Translations under genes and position numbers: made by a program
Shown here: one piece after another, positions 63,667-64,000 of the stretch
Position numbering within the stretch: the first letter of the stretch is position 1
Layout: the number at the start of each line of letters is the position of its first letter
The notes under the pieces: generated by a model
Told to the model about the DNA's origin: nothing
Database searches by the model: none
Seen by the model: the letters and a program-made list of their open reading frames with translations, nothing else
Assembly: GCA_964016885.1 (NCBI GenBank)
Contig: OZ024741.1
Coordinates: 230,268,001-230,332,000, forward strand
Reading direction: 5' to 3'
Source of the DNA: Eledone cirrhosa
Taxonomy: Eukaryota
DNA: 64,000 nucleotides

Positions 63667-64000
63667 TTTATTTATTTATTTGTTTATTTATTTATTTACG
63701 TCTACAACGTGATGGTGCCACGCTAAAATCACCGGTGGTTATGTAACCATACATTCACCAATCCTCGATATGAGTGTTTAAATGTCGAACCTAAACAGTT
63801 CGAATAACGTGAAAAGGAGACTGGAGCGTCATGTGAAAGGCTCTCACCCAACAAGTGCTCCCTGGCCCAGCAGTAGGGACCTGGTTGTCCTCCAAATACT
63901 GCTGGTGTTGGAGGAAGAAGAAGGAAAGGTACACGAACTAACTGGACAAAAGAATTGAATAGAACTGTCATGAAATGTTACCTGAAGAGTAACCCATGGA
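63667..64000 (-). mobile_element. Possible LINE 3' end with (TAAA)n tail
   Basis: Higher-GC, coding-like segment ending in (TAAA)n on the minus strand; family not recognised. Confidence 0.3.

Overview
This is AT-rich, microsatellite-dense eukaryotic DNA. The SINE families and (TA)n/(CA)n landscape look like an Octopus genome (inference from memory, not a search). The only host gene is a class A neuropeptide GPCR with three coding exons (34054-46240, +), resembling ETH/GHS/TRH-type receptors. The rest is mobile DNA: (1) a head-to-tail stack of SINEs and Tx1-clade LINEs at (ATT)n sites (5417-18086); (2) a CsRn1-like Gypsy element with both LTRs and a TSD, nested in a MITE (22769-28581); (3) Penelope-like relics with inverted ends; (4) R4/Dong-, RTE- and CR1-like fragments. 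The strongest find is a six-copy tandem array of 445-498 bp units (47964-50900). Each unit carries a minimal type I hammerhead ribozyme on the minus strand, making it a candidate circRNA-producing retrozyme. Several more hammerhead motifs lie in Penelope-like relics across the window. A second system is an ATT-targeting Tx1 LINE/SINE pair with shared 3' ends; both LINE copies also keep a GTAAGT motif exactly 39 nt before the ORF2 ATG. All alignments and folds were read by eye; no searches were run.
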